NCBI GenBank assembly: GCA_964016885.1
Contig: OZ024743.1
Span: 268,026,001-268,090,000, forward strand
Length of the DNA stretch: 64,000 bases
Source of the DNA: Eledone cirrhosa
Lineage: Eukaryota
Direction: 5' to 3'
Shown here: piece by piece, positions 1 through 16,165 of the stretch
Layout: each line of letters opens with the position of its first letter
How positions within the stretch are numbered: position 1 is the stretch's first letter
The notes under the pieces: model-generated
Told to the model about the DNA's origin: nothing
The model's input: only the letters and a program-made list of their open reading frames with translations
Database searches by the model: none
Made by a program: the position numbers and the translations under genes

Positions 1-189
1 GAACCTTCCTTGATAGGTATGTGTCTGAGCGTATATATGTTTCCTTCAACAACCATATGTAGATAGACTGCTCAGTTCACTAACGAGATTTGCTATAGAG
101 TCCCATACATCTAACTATGAGTATAAAAGGAACATTAATTTGTTATCCGAAATCTAATGTAGTTACCAACAGAAGCACACACTCACTCC

Positions 190-1124
<935 letters not shown>

Positions 1125-1574
1125 ATATAGGATTGATAAGATGGGGATAGATGGATGGATAGGTAGATAGATCTGATCGGATCAATGAGCGCTTAATGTA
1201 AGGACGAAAAAATTGTTGAATCATAATTGACTGACGAGCAATCAGACAAAGACACATAATGATTAAGGCAAATACAGAAACATACATACTTACATATAAC
1301 GATTCAGACACAGAGGGAAATACACTGACTGGCATACATGCGAAAATCGATGGAGAACTAAACTAAAATCGAAGACAACCAATACGTCGACAGCCAAGCC
1401 AAAAACACCATCTTGTCTGCGAAGAATCAGTGGCTCTCTGTTTTATTTATTGTATTTTATTTTATTTCATATGACTTTATTTTCTTTTTTTCTTTATCTT
1501 GTGCCTATGTATGTGGCCTTTATTAATCCTGAATTATTGATATAATAACTCGTTAAACGAAGCTATTTCCACTA

Positions 1575-2245
<671 letters not shown>

Positions 2246-4419
2246 CTACAAGCATGCGAACAATTATATATACGCATTCATGTGATTGTGCTTGTGCAAC
2301 CATAACAACAGTCGGGTAGTTGTATCTGTATCGGTAATTCATGCAGCTATTCTGGAGTGAGTCAACTCTTAGCAAAAGAACAATTTAAACAGCTAATATG
2401 GAAATATTCGGATATTGGAATGAATTAAGGCTTTGACGCATAAACTAGCATGGAAATATTGGAACAATTCCAAATATTCTAAAGTTTTCAATACTAAAAT
2501 TCTCTGCAATAGATTGATGAACATCAAGAGTATTACAGCGTTATACAGCATTACTACACTGCTTTCTTAGGGGACCAATAAAAGTGCTTTTAATCAATCC
2601 ATATGTTTGCTGAAAATAGCAGCCACCTATATCTATAATTGTAAGCGTTATTGTTTTAGTAATTAAGGACATATTCAACAATGCAATTATAGGCACACAT
2701 ATACCCAATAATAGTTCGTGTTAAGAAAGGTCTATGATCATGGATCGGCACAATCAGATCTTGGGCTAAAAATCAAGTGAGGCTAAATACTAATAAAAAT
2801 AACAGCATAGAAAGAGACAATGTATCTATTGGATATAGCAACAAAATCTACCCGAAATCACGCTCCTAGGTTTTAAATTGAAGTAGCTCTCAGCAGACAA
2901 TGCTATATATCATATCCTTTAACAGAATGGAAACTCAGGATGTAATGCTTTACATGAGCAACAATTTATTGCTGTATACACAAATAGAGAGAAATTGGAA
3001 ATGATAGAACTGTGATTGATCCTGAACGTGAAATTGAATGATTATGTCACACACAAATATTTACAAACAAGAACAACATTCGCCTCGGTCAAATCCTCAT
3101 TGAACACAGCAACTGAGATAACTTGAATATGGACAAATAATACTAGATTCTATCGCATTTTTTCACCCAAGACACGAATTTTCAATTTCATCCAAAACTG
3201 AAGAAAAACAAAGCAGTAGAAAGCACAGAATACACCAACGACGTGCGAGATTAAACATGTTTGAAAACTCAGGGCCGAGTTTGTTACCAAACATTCATGC
3301 CAAATATGCGAAGAGGCAGCTACAAGAAATGGAGAAAAGGAAGAAAATCAATGAAATGATTTCGACATGTAGTATAGAGTGATTAGATGGGCGGGTGTTT
3401 TTCCTTTAGGTCTCTGTGGATAGTAATTCGAAATGGTTTTCTTTCTATTTCTAGGGACCATTTAAAAAACGTCTTCAGGTGTGGAATTCTAGGGGTAAGG
3501 ATCAATAATTGTATGCATGAACAATTGAAATGATGGAGAGTTGTAAATAGAATGGAACACTATTGAAATGGAACATTATTGCGGTCAGCATGTTGAAGCT
3601 AAGGAATCGTTGTAGGTTGAAAAGTTTCCCATTAAGTCGTAAACAGTAAGTCTGAACATATGGTTGATTTGCAGCTGAAGAACAGTTAAAACGGTTGCAA
3701 TGTAAGTTTGCTAAATTTTTCATTTTGAATGTCCTATATCTCTTGTTCACTACTCTATGATATATTTGTGTTTGGACGATTCATGACTACCACGTAATGA
3801 TTTCGTTTTAATTCCATATATACATATATATTTTTTTTTATATGAGAGAGACAGAGAGAGTGGGGAGAGGTGTATGAAAATATATATAAACATAAATAAC
3901 ACGTTTATACGTGAGAAAATATAGGCAGCTGCCGAAAAAAGTTTATTACTTTGTTTCGTAACGAAAAGTATTTATTTTTCTCTATATCCTCTGTGAATAT
4001 ATCACAAATTTGCGAGTCCGTTTTGGGAACGTCATGCAGCGCTACATAGATCAAATAGAAAACATCGGCTGGAAATGCACATAGTGCGAGCTTGGCTGGT
4101 TAAGCATAATAGAGGTTCAAATAAAATCATATAGAAATTTATATCACAAATTTATATACAATAAACATATGCAAATGAGTATGCAAATGATCATTAGTCT
4201 ATTTCATGCCAGTACGATTTTAATCAATGCCAGTGATGAAAGATTACCAAATTTTGAAGTCCAGCATGAAATTGACACAGAGCAAAACAGAGAGAAAAAA
4301 ATATTAATATATATATATATATATATATATATTAATATATATATGTAATATTATATACCCTGACTTAGTGGTACCACTAATTTTGTGTATATATATATAT
4401 AAAATTAGTGGTATATAAC

Positions 4420-4463
<44 letters not shown>

Positions 4464-4464
4464 G

Positions 4465-4535
<71 letters not shown>

Positions 4536-4559
4536 GTTATATATATATATATATATATA

Positions 4560-5664
4560 CCGTATTTTTCGGAATATAGGACACAATTTTCCAAACTTTG
4601 ACTCAAACTCTTTGTGCGTCTTATAATGTAAGGTCTCGGGTGATCACCGTATGCAAACATTTTATAATTGAAAATGGCCTCAACTTGAGGAAGAACTGAA
4701 AGCCTGGGTTCTTGACAACGCAGACACTTTGAACTATGTAATATTGCAAATATGGATGAGGTGCCACTGTCATTTGATGTTCCCTCGAACAGGACTGTTG
4801 ATGCTAAATGTCCCAAAACTGTGACTGTTGAAACCGCAGGTCACAAAATAAAAGACTACATTGTAGTACTGACTGGTTGGGCAGATGTCACGAAACTACT
4901 GTCACTTCAAACATTTAAAAGATAAAACATATCCAAAATGCACTTTTCCATCAGGAAGTGATATTCCTGTACAATCCAAGGGGTGGATGGGGAAAATGGC
5001 ATTAAGTTAAAGTAGTGATTTACTCAAAAGATCATCACTTCTTGTTGGGAACAATTTCGGGCACATACTGCTAAGAACACAGAAATGAGTTTAAAGAAAT
5101 TAAACACTGAAAAAAGGCTGTAGTACCTGGGGGAATGACTTTCCAATTACAAACCTTTGATGTTTCAGTAAACAAGCCTTCTAAGGCACACATGAGAGAG
5201 GAATGGGATAATTAGATGAAGGACCCGCAACAGGATCTGACACTCACAGGACGTGTGAAGAAGGCTACATTTTTTACAGGTAACAAAATGGGCGACAAAC
5301 TCGTGGGGGTGTTGTGAAAACTGAGAGAGTTATAAATGCTTTCAAAATATGTGGTGTGGGCAACGCCCTAGATGGCACCGAAGATGATTTTCTGTATAAT
5401 GATAGTGACACAAGTGATTCTGAAAAAGGTAATGACACCGAGGAATGCGGGGAAGAGGATGAATTTCAGGAACTAGACAAGGGCGACAGCCAGGAAAACA
5501 ATGAGGATGACAGTAGTCATGATTTTATAAGATTTAAAACTGATTAAGATTTTAATAGCGTTAGTAGTGTTAATTACCCTTAATATTATTTTTCCTGGAT
5601 ATTCCTGTTAAACTTAGAGTGTGTCCTAAGTTGTGGTGCATTTTATGTTCCGAAAAAAATACGG
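4560..5664 (+). mobile_element. Pogo/Tigger-like (Tc1/mariner superfamily) DNA transposon, internally deleted and decayed
   Basis: Left TIR ccgtatttttcggaatatagg from 4560 and right TIR ttttatgttccgaaaaaaatacgg ending at 5664, with TA on both sides (4558-4559, 5665-5666). Pogo-type transposase remnants lie inside. Confidence 0.9.
4740..5547 (+). pseudogene. Pogo-type DDE_1 transposase pseudogene (catalytic domain and acidic tail; CENP-B HTH not seen)
   Basis: Manual translation across stops and frameshifts gives NIANMDEVPLSFDVPSNRTVD..ETAGH..VVLTGWADVTKL, KGWM, PGGMTFQLQTFDVSVNKP, LTGRVKK and INAFKICGVGNALDGTEDDFLY followed by a D/E-rich tail. These match typical pogo/POGK-like motifs. Confidence 0.88.
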
Positions 5665-5813
5665 TATTTATAAATATATATATGGGCGGGGAGGTATGTG
5701 TCTCTGTATGTCTGTGCGTGTCAGTGTGTCTGTATGTCTGTGTGTGTGTGTGCAAAAGACAAACAAAAATAACCAACTCATATATCATTCGTTAATATAT
5801 CATTAGTTATATG

Positions 5814-5844
<31 letters not shown>

Positions 5845-5944
5845 TATTTTCTGTCATTTTTTCTAGCTTTCTTTCTCTATCCCTGTCTTTCTCTCTCTCT
5901 ATCTTTCGTTCCCTCCCTCTATCTCCTTATATGTCTATATACAA

Positions 5945-6041
<97 letters not shown>

Positions 6042-6229
6042 AGAAATATTAAGACAATGAAATTAAACACCAAACTGTTAATTCATAGTAAAACACATTA
6101 TTTTACGATCGTTTCTGGGGGGTAGCTCCCTCTATGTTCATTCAAATTATTGATCTATGTAAAACATATTACAAAATATCATAGTGAGAAAAAAATACAT
6201 ACGTCTTCACTACCCGCCGTTATCCTCAT

Positions 6230-6420
6230 GTCTGTCTGTCTTGTCATCAACTTTCACCATGTAAACAAATTTACAGTACACACTTGTGGGAATGTTGCAT
6301 ACGTTTTTACATAATGTTTTTACGTAAATGCGTGCATCTGTGTGTACGTATGCAACATTCCCATAAGTGTGTACTGTAAATTTGTTTACATGGTGAAAGT
6401 TGATGACAAGACAGACAGAC
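6230..6420. repeat. Near-perfect inverted repeat, 75-bp arms (6230-6304 / 6346-6420), 41-bp spacer
   Basis: gtctgtctgtcttgtcatcaac...gcatacgt pairs with acgtatgc...gacaagacagacagac, with one mismatch seen. Confidence 0.92.
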
Positions 6421-6476
6421 TGACACATACATATATATATATATGTAGATAAATAGATAGATAGATAGATAGATAT

Positions 6477-6523
<47 letters not shown>

Positions 6524-7247
6524 TTCAGTATGAAATATATCGGCATGTAATTTTCTATTAAGTTCCTAGCTGTATGCACAAACAAGTTTGGTATTTGCGT
6601 GTGAGTATTATAGCTAATCCAATCACTTGACACTCATCAGTTGCAATATATTATCTAATCAGCAAACTAATTAAGAAATTAATTAATTCAGACCACTTTG
6701 ATTATGAAACTGAATAAGATTTTGTCCAATTCCACAGATATATTCATCTTACATTCCTGCCTATATGCCTGATAATTCATCAACTATCCAGTCTAATTTC
6801 GTATTGGACAGAGTTCATATCCCTTACATATATCATGTATATATAAATACATATATCTATATATATATATATATATATACATATATCTATATCTATATCT
6901 ATATATATATATGTATATATATGTGTGTGTGTGTATATATATATATATGTACAGATATATATATGTGTGTGTGCATATATATGTATGTGTCTATGTGTAT
7001 GCGTGTGCTCGAGCGGGTTTATATGTTTGTATACGTTAATGATATCTACATACTTTAAAGTCTGGAGTTTTGAATTGAGTATGATCTACTAGACTCAATT
7101 AGTAACATATTATTCATATATATGTTTGTATATGTATTAATGTGTGTGGTTGTATACAGTTAAAAAGTAAGGATGAAAATGAAAGATGTTGATCGTCATA
7201 CAGGGACAAGGAATCTACGTTTCAATTGGTTTCTCTATTCTGCCGCT

Positions 7248-7461
7248 TGTATATTCGTACACAAGGAGCAACATAAAATAAAGTATTTTTCTCAAGACCA
7301 CAACGCAACACCCACACAGACAGATATTATATATATATAAATATTTATATGTAATATATATGTAATATATATATATATATAATATCTGTCTGTTTGAGTA
7401 TTGCGTTGTGGTCTTGAGAAGAATACTTTATTTTATGTTGCTCCTTGTGTACGATTATACA
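7248..7461. repeat. Inverted repeat with ~85-bp arms around a (TA)-rich spacer
   Basis: cgtacacaaggagcaacataaaataaagtatt..caagaccacaacgcaa versus ttgcgttgtggtcttgag..tactttattttatgttgctccttgtgtacg; a few mismatches. Confidence 0.9.
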
Positions 7462-7771
7462 TATATGAAATTAAGAAGTGTAAGTAAACAGGTTAAAATT
7501 AATTTTGTTTATTCACATTCGTTGCTATATATATTTTGGCGATAGCCATTATTCAACAGCTATGACCTCATCAGACAGTTAGAACTTGAACAGAAAAAAA
7601 CAGGGAAACATAATTTTGGAAAAGATTTTACCATGTTAATTCGTTGATATGTTCAGATCCAGAGTGCGGTGTTAATCCCAAAGGAACTGAAAGCATATGA
7701 TTTAGAATGACGAATTCCATACCTTCACCTGTGTCTGTGTGTGTGTGTGTGGTCTGTGTGTGTGTGTGTGT

Positions 7772-7809
<38 letters not shown>

Positions 7810-8425
7810 TTATGTATATAAACTTGATTAAAAAAGCATTTTCTATATCATAAAACAATATTCAGACTCCCAGAAAAGGGAAATACTGTGAAGATGACAA
7901 ATAGGTATGGAAACGCAAGGACAGGATTAATAATTGCTCCAGAAAAAGGAAAGTGATCCCAAAATTTAGAACTGATGTAAACAGATAAACAATCTGCAAT
8001 TCATGTACTGACGAAATTTGGTTCATGCTCAAAAACATTTCCGCCAGCTACAGATCCCTAAACACTCATCTGGATATTTTAAACCGCTATCCCAACGCTT
8101 CGACTAACATTTGAAGAGATTTACCCACCTGAAGTCTCTAAATTCTTTACTTTATTGAGTTTTTCACATAACATCTAACATAGTCGCGTCACCACATTGA
8201 CTATTACCCAATATACGATGAAAAGTTTCTCTGTAATTTTTCTTCCCTGTAAATTACTTCCCCATAAAACTCAATCTCTTTTTTCACCAACCGGAAGTAC
8301 TCTTGTTTTCATTGTCATATCAAATTATATAATACATTAAAAACACGTCCCAGGGACTGAGAGATCTACGCCTTGGATATCATTTCCAAACCATTACAAC
8401 TACTAATATATGCACTAACACACAC

Positions 8426-8457
<32 letters not shown>

Positions 8458-8753
8458 ATATATGTGTGTGTGTGTGCGAGGTGTGTGTGTGTGTATGTGT
8501 GTGTGTGTATGTGTGTGCGAGGTGTGTGTGTGTGTGTGTGTATCAGATAAGCATAAACATGTGTGAATGGAAACTTAGAAATACTAGAAAGCTTAGAATA
8601 TTGGTAAGCAAAGAAAAAACTGGACAGATAGAACTTAATAAGCACGAGCAAAAGTGAAAGCAATTGAGAAGCAATTAGATAATGGTGAATCGAACAAATA
8701 TATTTTTCGAAGTATGTAAGTATGTATGTATACACACACAAACGCACACACAC

Positions 8754-8794
<41 letters not shown>

Positions 8795-9149
8795 CATAAA
8801 TGATGTATTTATGAATGTATGTATCCATCTATGTATGTAAACATAGTTATATCAATACTGGAAAATGGCGGTTGTAAAATATAAAATTACATTAATTTGC
8901 ACCGACAGAGTTTACATTCCCCGGTGATGTTAACGCCAAACTCTTGTTAGGGTTTTGTGATCCGGAATTACTCGGTCTCGTTATCAAATCAGACACCAAC
9001 TAACTCAATAAGCATATTTTAACTATGTTATATTTTTTCTTTAAATCTCTATCTTATTTTACTCATTTTCTCTATCTATCGAGCGGTTTATTTATGAATC
9101 TACCTATTTATCTATCCTATCCTAACTTACTGTCTTCCGATCTCTCATT

Positions 9150-9292
<143 letters not shown>

Positions 9293-9371
9293 GTATATAT
9301 ATATTTATGTGTGCGTGTGTATGTGTTATATAGCTTCGTTTTACAATCATTTCGACACATGTTACATATAA

Positions 9372-9424
<53 letters not shown>

Positions 9425-9446
9425 TATATATATATGTATATATATA

Positions 9447-9476
<30 letters not shown>

Positions 9477-9478
<2 letters not shown>

Positions 9479-9672
9479 ACGAAGGAAATGTGGTAAGGTA
9501 CCAGATGGACCATAACGCACCAAAGTACTCAATACTTAGGGTAGTAGGGTGGGTAATAGGAACGAGTAGGACCCCGACGGCTGAGCTCAACCGTTTCGAC
9601 GGCTAATTCTGGACTCAGTCCATGATTAGTCGTCGAAACGACTTGAGCTCAGCCGTCGGGGTCCTACTCGTT

Positions 9673-9677
<5 letters not shown>
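9477..9677. mobile_element. PLE-like non-coding repeat fragment folded back into a palindrome (9556-9677)
   Basis: Arms aggaacgagtaggaccccgacggctgagctcaa..tttcgac / gtcgaaac..ttgagctcagccgtcggggtcctactcgttcct. Homologous sequence occurs at 39310-39420, 39692-39820 and 47720-47820. Confidence 0.7.
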
Positions 9678-9744
<67 letters not shown>

Positions 9745-10144
9745 GTGTGTGTATATATATATACATCTATACATATATGTGTGGTCGGGTGTATCTATAT
9801 GTTTGTATTTGATTGTGTGTAAGAGAATGCGTGAGAATGTGTGTTTGTGTATATATGCGTTTTTGTTTGTGTTTGTGTCTGTGTCTCTGCGTGCGTGCAT
9901 AAATTCATATTCATTACTTTATTGGCAGCTGTATATATTTTCTAGATTTATATGACGCTCTGATCAATTTAAGCTAATTTGCTACATCATTTTCCATACA
10001 TCCATTTTGAATTATGTTTATATTTTATTTGCATATTTCATGTTCTCTTGTTGTTGTTGTTGTTTTTGTTTTTGTTGTTGTTGTTGGGTATTTCGTCTTT
10101 ATGTTTGTTTAGTTGATACAATGTAATTTCCTAGTATGTAAATC

Positions 10145-10930
<786 letters not shown>

Positions 10931-11018
10931 GCCTACATACATAGACATATCCATATATATATCATTGGTTTTACGTCCATTTCTCCAAGTATATTTATGT
11001 AAAGTATTTATGAGTTTC

Positions 11019-11051
<33 letters not shown>

Positions 11052-11344
11052 ATGTTTGTGTGTGGATGTATGTATGTATGTCTTTGCTCTTATCTAAACG
11101 TCTTGTGTGCCGCCCAAACTAACATCCCAATATATTTTTGTAACTTTGTTTAATTATTTAGTTGGCTTCTACAGAATAAGTACGTTCAGTTTGTTGTTGT
11201 TTTCTACTTTTTCGACAAATAACTCCAATACCGATGTCCTCTCGCAATTGAATTAAGATAACGCTGTTCATTTTTCTCCTTTGCACATCTTGTTGTTGAT
11301 TTTCCTTTCCTTTTCATCAACACAATTTTCTCAGAGGGTTGTAT

Positions 11345-11568
11345 TCTTCTTCTTCTTCTTCTTCTTCTTCTTCTTCTTCTTCTTCTTCTTCTTCTTCTTC
11401 TTCTTCTTCTTCTTCTTCTCATCGAGCTCCCACCCCCGCCTCTTCCTCATCATACAACTACTACTACTACTTCTACTACTACTTCTACTACTGATACTAC
11501 TACTACTACTGCTGATGGTGCTGCTACTACTACTACGACTACTGCTACTACTACTACTACTACTACTC

Positions 11569-11617
<49 letters not shown>

Positions 11618-11620
11618 AAA
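11345..11620. repeat. (TTC)n and (CTA)n trinucleotide microsatellites
   Basis: Directly visible. Confidence 0.95.
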
Positions 11621-12499
11621 TTTCTCTTCATCTCATTTTATAGCGACATTTTATTTCATAATTCTACTTATTTTCTTCCCCTTTGCCTCTTTCCTTAACT
11701 ATATTTTCTTCATCATAATATCCTTCTTTCATTTCTTTCTTTCCTTCATTTAATTCCTCTTTCCCTTCTATCTTTTGTTGTTGTTGTTTTTGTTATTGTT
11801 TCCTTCGTCTCATTCATTTATGATTTTTATTTTCCTCTTATTAACACCTTCATTCTTGTAAGTCCCCTTCACCTTTATATCTCTTCGTAACCATCATTAT
11901 AATTACTATTATTACTATTACTATTACCATTGTCATTATTGTCATTATTATTATTATTATTGTTGTTGTTGTTGTTGTTGTCGTCATCATCGTTGTTATT
12001 ATTTTCATCATCAATATTATCTTCTTCATCCTTATCCTCCCTTTCATACTCATCAGCATTCCTCTTATTATTATTAATATTGCTGTCGTTGTTATTGTTA
12101 TATTTTTACAGTTTTTTCTTTTTTTATTATTTTTAAGATAATCAACATTTTCGTCATTGTTATTGTTGTTTATTGTTAAATCTGCATTAAAAATTGATAT
12201 TTATTATTTTTGTTGGTTTCAAATTTTTACACGATTTGTAAAGCCTATCACTCTTTCTGTATATATATGTATATATTCTGTATATATACTTGCTCAGTCC
12301 GAAATGTCTGGGGCCTGTCTGGTCAATAAATTATTACTATTTTTATTGATATTATTTATTTATCTATTTATTTATTTATTTATTTATTTATAGATCAATA
12401 CCTTAAATTAGAAATCTATATTTCAAATTACTAATCAATACACTAATGTTAGAAACCATCATTTAACTTTAGGAATCTACGTGATGAGCATTGAAATAA

Positions 12500-13190
12500 T
12501 GATTTCTTTATTAGCCCCAGCGGGCTGGCATCAAGTAAGAAGAAAAATACAATATATATTTTTTCGTGCAAATGTAATATCAGAAAAACAAATGTAACAA
12601 TTTCCAACAAAAGAAAATTCCCCAACAGGAGGAGATCCCAAGTGTCCCACGCAGAAAAGGCCCACGAAAAGCCACGGCCATCCTGACCACCAGGGCAAAT
12701 GCCTCCTCCCAGTTGTCCTTTAATTTACAGGCACACAAACAAAGCAAACTTGTTTTCAAGAACCATGCTCGCCACTCCCATCAATTTTCAACAAATTTGG
12801 AAGTTAGCCTATCCGTTTCCACTCTTGTTTTCTTATTCAAACGAAGCTTGAAAAAGTTGATCGGAGCTTTGTCAAAAAAGAAAATGTCTGTCCTCAAACA
12901 TTTCAAGCATGTCCAGAAAACAAGCCATTCGCTATGGCCAGCAGGGAGATGAAAATTATTGGGGCTATCTCGATAGACTCAGTCGAATCCGTTCTATAGG
13001 TGGAAGCACCTGTTCAACACAACTCTGAAGGTATGCAACACATGAGCAATGAATGAGTGCGTGCCAGAAGGTTTCGTCACCATGGACGTATATCAAACAG
13101 GCTCGGTTGACAGCACTTCCGTACCTAGGTAAGACTGGAAGATATCCACTGGATCCGGGATGATATTTTTCTAGAAGGCAGCGGATAGTT
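12500..13190 (-). mobile_element. Tx1/L1-clade LINE 3' fragment (ORF2 C-terminal Cys/His region plus 3' UTR)
   Basis: Minus-strand translation PRYGSAVNRACL..DETFWHALIHC..VEQVL..RIRLS is homologous to the 57.3-57.8 kb fragment. Its 3' end (gatttctttattagcccc on +) resembles the ends at 30095 and 35470. Confidence 0.75.
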
Positions 13191-13344
13191 GATTGTAGTC
13201 GACCGCTTGAGTTTACTTAGAGATTTTTTAGATTTTCCCCGCCTCCAATCCTTTACAGAACTCAAGATGATGATTATGATGATGGTAATGATGATGATAA
13301 AGATAATGATGATGATAACGATAAAGATGATGATGATGTTGATA

Positions 13345-14336
13345 AGACTACCTGTGGAACAGAAAGCTCACTGGAAGAAAAGTCGTGGAACAAAGACTCA
13401 GCTCCCCATTGACAGAAGGGCGATTTTATGATGCAACACACCAATTTGAGAAGCCACTTACACAAATGTTGCACATGACTCAGACACTTTAAAGAACGAG
13501 GAAAAGCTGAACCATTTGCCCATTAGGGATGAGTTGAAGATTTTCCTTAAGAGTGAGAGCAAGCTAAATGGATTAGTTCCAACAGTATAGATATTCAGCA
13601 GGAATATCGAAATGGTATTTGGCGTTAACAAGTGAGGGGCATTTAAAATGAAAAGGCTAAAGTGGTTATATCTGAAGGCGTTGAGTTGTATATCGAGAAA
13701 ATCAACGGCATTGACGATGTAGCATATGGATACCTGGATGTACTAGAATATGATGAAAAAAATATATAAGGCAGGCATTTTCAAAATAATATAAAGAAGG
13801 ATATCTTCTGTACTAAACTCGGAACTTACTGGCAAGTTTAGGATGACAGCAATTAATTCATGCGTTGTAGCAGTGTTGCCATACTGTACGTTAATTGTGA
13901 AATGGCCACTGGATGAGCTATAATGCCTTGATAGAAAATTGAGAAAATTGATGAAAATATATGAAGCATCCACCTTAAATGTGTTGTAGACAGAATATTT
14001 GTAACCAGGTAGAAAGGAGGAAGGTGATCAATATCGTATGAAGAATGTCTGTTACCCATTTGCATTGCAACTATGTCCACATAGGGTCAAACATATACAA
14101 TAAAAACAGAAAGTGAATAATAAAACAGAAACAATCCCTGTAATAATAGTTGTTCTGGGAATGATGAAAACAAACACAAATAAATACAACATACAGAGTA
14201 TATCAACACTAGATACAGCCCATATATTGTGAAGGGTACTCAAAATATAATTAAAGCAGCACTATTAAAACGAATACTGAACATACCCAAGGAACACAGA
14301 GCGATGCTCGGGAATGCAGTGAGAACACGCAATACA
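13345..14336 (+). mobile_element. R4/Dong-clade non-LTR retrotransposon relic (RT fragments and C-terminus), followed by (AAT)n
   Basis: LPVEQK...SRGTKTQLPID, KLNHLPIRDELKIF (degenerate HLLYMDDLKLF), IFSRNIEMVFG, YGYLDVLE, LDRKLRKLM, VDRIFVTR*KGGR, TIPVII..LG, TAHIL*RVL; many stops and internal deletions. Confidence 0.85.
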
Positions 14337-14337
<1 letters not shown>

Positions 14338-14394
<57 letters not shown>

Positions 14395-14410
14395 GTAGTA
14401 GTAGTAGTAA

Positions 14411-14494
<84 letters not shown>

Positions 14495-14505
14495 CAACAA
14501 TAGTA
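14338..14505. repeat. Graded compound trinucleotide repeat (AAT)n-(AGT)n-(AGC)n-(AAC)n
   Basis: Directly visible; adjacent blocks differ by one base per unit. Confidence 0.95.
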
Positions 14506-14665
14506 GAAATTTCAGTGTTAGAGATGAGTTTTCATAGAATTTCTTTCTATTTATTTTATTTTCGTTGAAGATTTATTATATTGTCTGTGCTTTATGTTTA
14601 TATTATTGCTATATTATGTTTAGTTTTATTTTGATTGTCATTTTGAAATTAATATATTTCTATTC

Positions 14666-14701
<36 letters not shown>

Positions 14702-15239
14702 CATTATTAAAGTTCCTGCTATTTGTTTTCTTGTCCGTTCTTATTCTTTTTCATCTGCTATGTTGGCAAAATTCTTCAAGGCAATTCATTTTCTCTTTCT
14801 CTGTAGCACTGACAAATGAAAAGAAAAAAATATATAGCAGTGATAAATGAAGCCCCAAGACGATGTGATTACTTTAGTTTGGCGAGAAATGAAAAATAAA
14901 ATTATATATATTAAAATAAGAATACAAATACAATTATATATATTAAAATAAATATACAAATAAAACAAAAGTGTATGAAACAACATAATGCCAACAACAA
15001 AATATGTGGAATAAACACTAATACAAGGAATGAATTGCAATTTCACCCACCCATACCACATAAGCACATTGCCTCGGCAAAAACAAGACTGAAACCAAAG
15101 TGCAAATAAAATATATGTAAAAAGATGTTTAAAAAATAAATACATAAATAAATAAATAAATGAATAAATGATAAGGCTGTTGTTGTTGTTGTTTTGGTGT
15201 TGTTGTTATTATTATTATTGTTATTATCACCTTAACACT

Positions 15240-16165
15240 ACAGAAGACAGGATGCTAAAAATGGTTGCAAATCAGATCATGAGTGTGAGAATAGTTTACT
15301 TTCATTACTGAATGAAAGTCAGAAGTTTGTAGAAATATTGAGAATACAGTTTGAAAATGATGCCTATCCTGCAATTAAGGCTGCAAAAATTATCATAATG
15401 TCAAAGGTAACAGTCATCGGAAACTGTGTTCTTAGTTGGAGCAAAAACCATGATATGGGCAGTATGCCCTCCATATCAAAGGAACTGATGTAGATGAAAC
15501 TCTGAGCTATCAGTGGCTTCGAGGATCTGGGCTAAAGGCTGGGAGTGAGGGTTTCATATTGGCTGCACAAGAACAGTGTCTTTCAACGTACAACGTTCAA
15601 GCTAGTGTGATCAGAAATTTAACTGAACCAGAGTGTTGATTTCGCCATGAGCAATATAAGATCATTTACCATCAGGTTTCAGTCGGTAAAGTAATAGTCT
15701 CGCAAGAGTATAAAACTAGACATGATACAGTAGAGTAATATTTACACTAGGTAATATACAGGTTTTATGGTATAAAACAGAGAGATATAGTACAAGCATC
15801 ACCCAGATGCAGTGACTAGAGTCGAGAATGATGTGACAAACCTATTGGATTCCCTTGTGAATACCAAGAGAACGATCAAGGACAATATACCCGATATAAA
15901 TGACGTAAGTAGAACATTTGCTTTTTAATTAAAATGACCATTCCCTAAGATTGTAACATCTCGAAAGATTTCCGAAAGCTCAGTAAATATAAAGATCTTA
16001 TAATTGAAATTGAGAATAAGTGGCATCTTAAAGCCTGTACAATAACAATGATAGTTGGTGCATTTGTAATGATAAAAAAGGGAACGAAAAATATTTGGAC
16101 GACATACTTGGTAAGTCATCTCTCCAAGAGATGCCGAAAATAGTGCTGACTGAGATAAGCATTAT
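15240..16165 (+). mobile_element. R4/Dong-clade LINE 3' relic (zinc knuckle and restriction-like endonuclease region)
   Basis: SYQWLRGSGLKAGSEGFILAAQEQCLST, EYKTRHD.V..YLH, RTIKDNIPDI, SKYKDLIIEIE.KWHLK, IVGA; stops and frameshifts. Confidence 0.85.

Noticed and set aside
7900-8400. Possible RTE-type LINE remnant on the minus strand; likewise a possible CR1-like remnant at 3000-3400
   Set aside because: Motifs are too degenerate to call by eye.
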